Shown piece by piece: positions 61,989 through 64,000 of a DNA stretch of 64,000 bases. The translations under genes were made by a program, and so were the position numbers. The notes under the pieces were generated by a model. The model was not told where the DNA came from, did not search any database, and was given only the letters and a program-made list of their open reading frames with translations. Position 1 is the stretch's first letter; each line of letters opens with the position of its first letter. The stretch spans positions 11,998 through 75,997 of the forward strand of contig CACOED010000002.1 in the NCBI GenBank assembly GCA_902626245.1, given 5' to 3'. This DNA comes from an uncultured Pelagibacteraceae bacterium (lineage in GTDB: Bacteria; Pseudomonadota; Alphaproteobacteria; Pelagibacterales; Pelagibacteraceae).

Positions 61989-62195
61989 TTAGCTTTTTAA
62001 AAGATTTAAAGCTTTAATAAGTAATTCTTCAGATTTTGCGTGATCACCTTCCTCGTGAGCTTTTTGTCCAGCATCTCTTAACTCTTGAGCTTTTTGGATT
62101 TTTTCATCTATTTTTCCAATAAGCATATTACAAGAACCAGCAAAAGCAGAACTTGAGAAAAGTACTATCATTAAAGTAATTAATAATTTTTTCAT
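61989..62195 (-). CDS. Small secreted helical protein (68 aa)
   Basis: Start placed at MKKLL after SD AAGGA; signal peptide ending AFA; mature part has C...ELR..G..AH..GDH..SE. Confidence 0.75.
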   Translation of the reverse strand: MKKLLITLMIVLFSSSAFAGSCNMLIGKIDEKIQKAQELRDAGQKAHEEGDHAKSEELLIKALNLLKS

Positions 62196-62314
62196 TTTTA
62201 TCCTTTCGAAGAATGTTGAGGTAAATGTTTTAAAAAATATTTTAAGATAATTTTTTGTCACAGTGCATAATTCCTTATTTTGTCTACTATATGGCCAATA
62301 ACTGAAGGAGAAAT

Positions 62315-62503
62315 ATGTCGGGTGAAAAGAAAGAAATTACATTTGAAATTAATACTGATTCAGATGATATGCTTGAAAAGATAGTTGAAGAATACAAATT
62401 GCCAGATAAATCAAAGGCAATACGTGTTTTGTTAGATTATGTAGAAGAAAAAGAGTCTGACTGGGATGATATGTTTGCGACCGTGAGGTGTAATAGATGT
62501 TAG
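62315..62503 (+). CDS. Small ribbon-helix-helix-like protein with C-terminal CxxC
   Basis: SD AAGGAG; ITFEI strand, helix, DKSKAIRVLLDY; ends RCNRC. Confidence 0.7.
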   Translation: MSGEKKEITFEINTDSDDMLEKIVEEYKLPDKSKAIRVLLDYVEEKESDWDDMFATVRCNRC

Positions 62504-62625
62504 CCACTTTTTATGTGTCAACTTGATGCAGCATCATACCTTGTAAAATTTATTTAACTTATTAGTTAAACATTATTATTAAAAATCAAAAGATTAGCGG
62601 AGATCTTAAGAAAGGATCGTAAGAT

Positions 62626-63066
62626 ATGTTAAAAAGAAACTTAATTAAATATACAATTTTAATTTCTTTTCTATTGTTTCCAATCAATTCAATGGCTGCA
62701 AATGAAACTATTGAAATGTTAAATAAACAAGGAAATGAGTCTATGGTATTTTCAAAAAAAATTGTAAGAGTTAGCGTTGGTGATACAGTTTTTTGGAAAG
62801 CAACAGACTCAGGTCATAACGTTGAATTTATTAAAGGTGGAGTGCCAGAAGGAGTAGGCAAGTTTAAAACTAAATTCAATAAAGATGCCGAGTACACTTT
62901 TGAAATACCAGGTATCTATGCATATTGGTGTACACCTCACAAAAGTATGGGTATGATTGGATTTGTAGTTGTTGGAGATGATAAGTCTAATTTGGATGCT
63001 ATAAAAAAAATTAAATTTTACTCAAAATCAAAAAAATTAGCTCCAGAGCTAATTAACTCTCTATAA
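62626..63066 (+). CDS. Pseudoazurin (type 1 blue copper protein)
   Basis: Signal peptide, MLN, MVF, VGDTV.W, GHNV, CTPH..MGM copper ligands. Confidence 0.92.
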   Translation: MLKRNLIKYTILISFLLFPINSMAANETIEMLNKQGNESMVFSKKIVRVSVGDTVFWKATDSGHNVEFIKGGVPEGVGKFKTKFNKDAEYTFEIPGIYAYWCTPHKSMGMIGFVVVGDDKSNLDAIKKIKFYSKSKKLAPELINSL

Positions 63067-63078
63067 TTTAATTTAAAC

Positions 63079-63116
63079 AATTAACTAAGGTTAACTAGAA
63101 TTAGCCTTAGTTAATT
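63079..63116. terminator. Probable bidirectional terminator
   Basis: AATTAACTAAGG(TTAA) / (TTAG)CCTTAGTTAATT between convergent genes. Confidence 0.7.
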
Positions 63117-63872
63117 TTTAATTTTACTAAGGACTGTTTTAGAATGAGCGCTAATTGATCTGTAATCAGAACCAACAGATACATAATTAAAACCAAGCTC
63201 TAACATTTCTAAGGCATATTCAGCAGAACCAGTATGAATACCCGCAAAGATTCTATTTTTTTTAGCTTTATCCAATATTTTGCATATCTCTGAATATGTT
63301 TTAGTAGATTTATTTTTGTCAAATCCAGGATCTTCACCTAAAGCTAGGCCTAAATCCGAAGGTCCTATATAAACACCGTCTAAGCCATTTACTGACAATA
63401 TTTCATCGAGGTTAACCAATGAATCTTTTGTTTCTATCATAGCTAATTTAAGTATTTCATCATTTGAATGTTTTGAGTAATCAGATCCTCCATAAATTAA
63501 TCCTCTAACAGGTCCAAAACTTCTATAACCATCTGGAGGGTACAGGCATGCTTGAACAAATTTTTCTGCTTCTTTTTTATTATTTACCATAGGACAGATT
63601 ATTCCATAACTACCTGCATCAAGAATTTTCATGATTTGACCAGGTTCATTCCAGTTAACTCTTACAAGAGGAGTTATCTCTGTTGATGATATAGTTTGAA
63701 GCATTGGTAAGGCACTTTCATAACTAATTAATCCGTGTTGTAAGTCAATAGTGAGCGAATCCCAATCTTCATGTGACATAACTTCAGCAGAAACTGTACT
63801 AGGTATTTGTAGCCAACCATTGATCACGGGTTTACCTTGCTGCATCATTTGTTTAATTTTATTTTTTCTCAT
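63111..63872 (-). CDS. HpcH/HpaI-family class II aldolase
   Basis: IDLQHG, VRV, LDAG, YPP.G.RSFG, MIET, YIGPSDL. Confidence 0.9.
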   Translation of the reverse strand: MRKNKIKQMMQQGKPVINGWLQIPSTVSAEVMSHEDWDSLTIDLQHGLISYESALPMLQTISSTEITPLVRVNWNEPGQIMKILDAGSYGIICPMVNNKKEAEKFVQACLYPPDGYRSFGPVRGLIYGGSDYSKHSNDEILKLAMIETKDSLVNLDEILSVNGLDGVYIGPSDLGLALGEDPGFDKNKSTKTYSEICKILDKAKKNRIFAGIHTGSAEYALEMLELGFNYVSVGSDYRSISAHSKTVLSKIKN

Positions 63873-64000
63873 TTAAAAAATCTATATATAATTTAACATT
63901 GTTACAATCTATTTTACAAAATAATTGTTTAACACATTAATATTTTTATTTAAATAAATCTGAAGTTAATTTATTTACCAATCTATATGATCCTTCAAAT

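Noticed and set aside
62181-62195. Third copy of the MKKLL repeat at the start of the 68-aa gene
   Set aside because: DNA is ATGAAAAAATTATTA, differing from the 16-mer; it can be explained as an ordinary signal peptide
62523-62537. FNR box upstream of pseudoazurin
   Set aside because: TTGAT-N5-ATCAT has the wrong spacing and an imperfect half-site
63987-64000. Possible start of a next gene (ATGATCCTTCAAAT)
   Set aside because: Too short to evaluate at the window edge
1-64000. tRNA, rRNA, CRISPR arrays, integrases, transposases, prophage or defence genes
   Set aside because: None was recognisable, and intergenic gaps are too short for arrays

Overview
Very AT-rich, extremely gene-dense alphaproteobacterial DNA, with intergenic gaps often under 30 bp and many overlapping stop/start codons. 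Gene content and streamlining suggest SAR11/Pelagibacterales (inference). About 1-21 kb is housekeeping: accC-accB-aroQ, thiSG, rne, PBP1A, frameshifted prfB, tyrS, anmK, iscR-sufBCDSU-DUF59-sufA and glnA. About 21-34 kb is a molybdenum-hydroxylase locus: coxG plus form II coxSLM, a split xdhC, a mocA-like gene, moaACDE and moaB. About 34-64 kb is an accessory metabolic region with three Fe(II)/2OG dioxygenases, a Dpp/Opp-type ABC importer, an array of small genes, a cysteine/persulfide/redox cluster, a flavin monooxygenase and pseudoazurin. The most notable signals absent from the ORF track are: (i) a 39-aa, 11-Cys metallothionein-like ORF between the persulfide dioxygenase and cysE-cysK; (ii) a 2OG-oxygenase gene bounded by an exact 16-bp direct repeat that encodes an MKKLL signal-peptide start, suggesting a gene cassette; (iii) a 44-aa membrane microprotein between the two halves of xdhC; (iv) a hairpin with an anti-SD-like loop. 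Two protein-level oddities also stand out: an SMR pair lacking the catalytic Glu, and an RNase E lacking its Zn-link. No rRNA, tRNA, CRISPR, integrase or transposase was seen.
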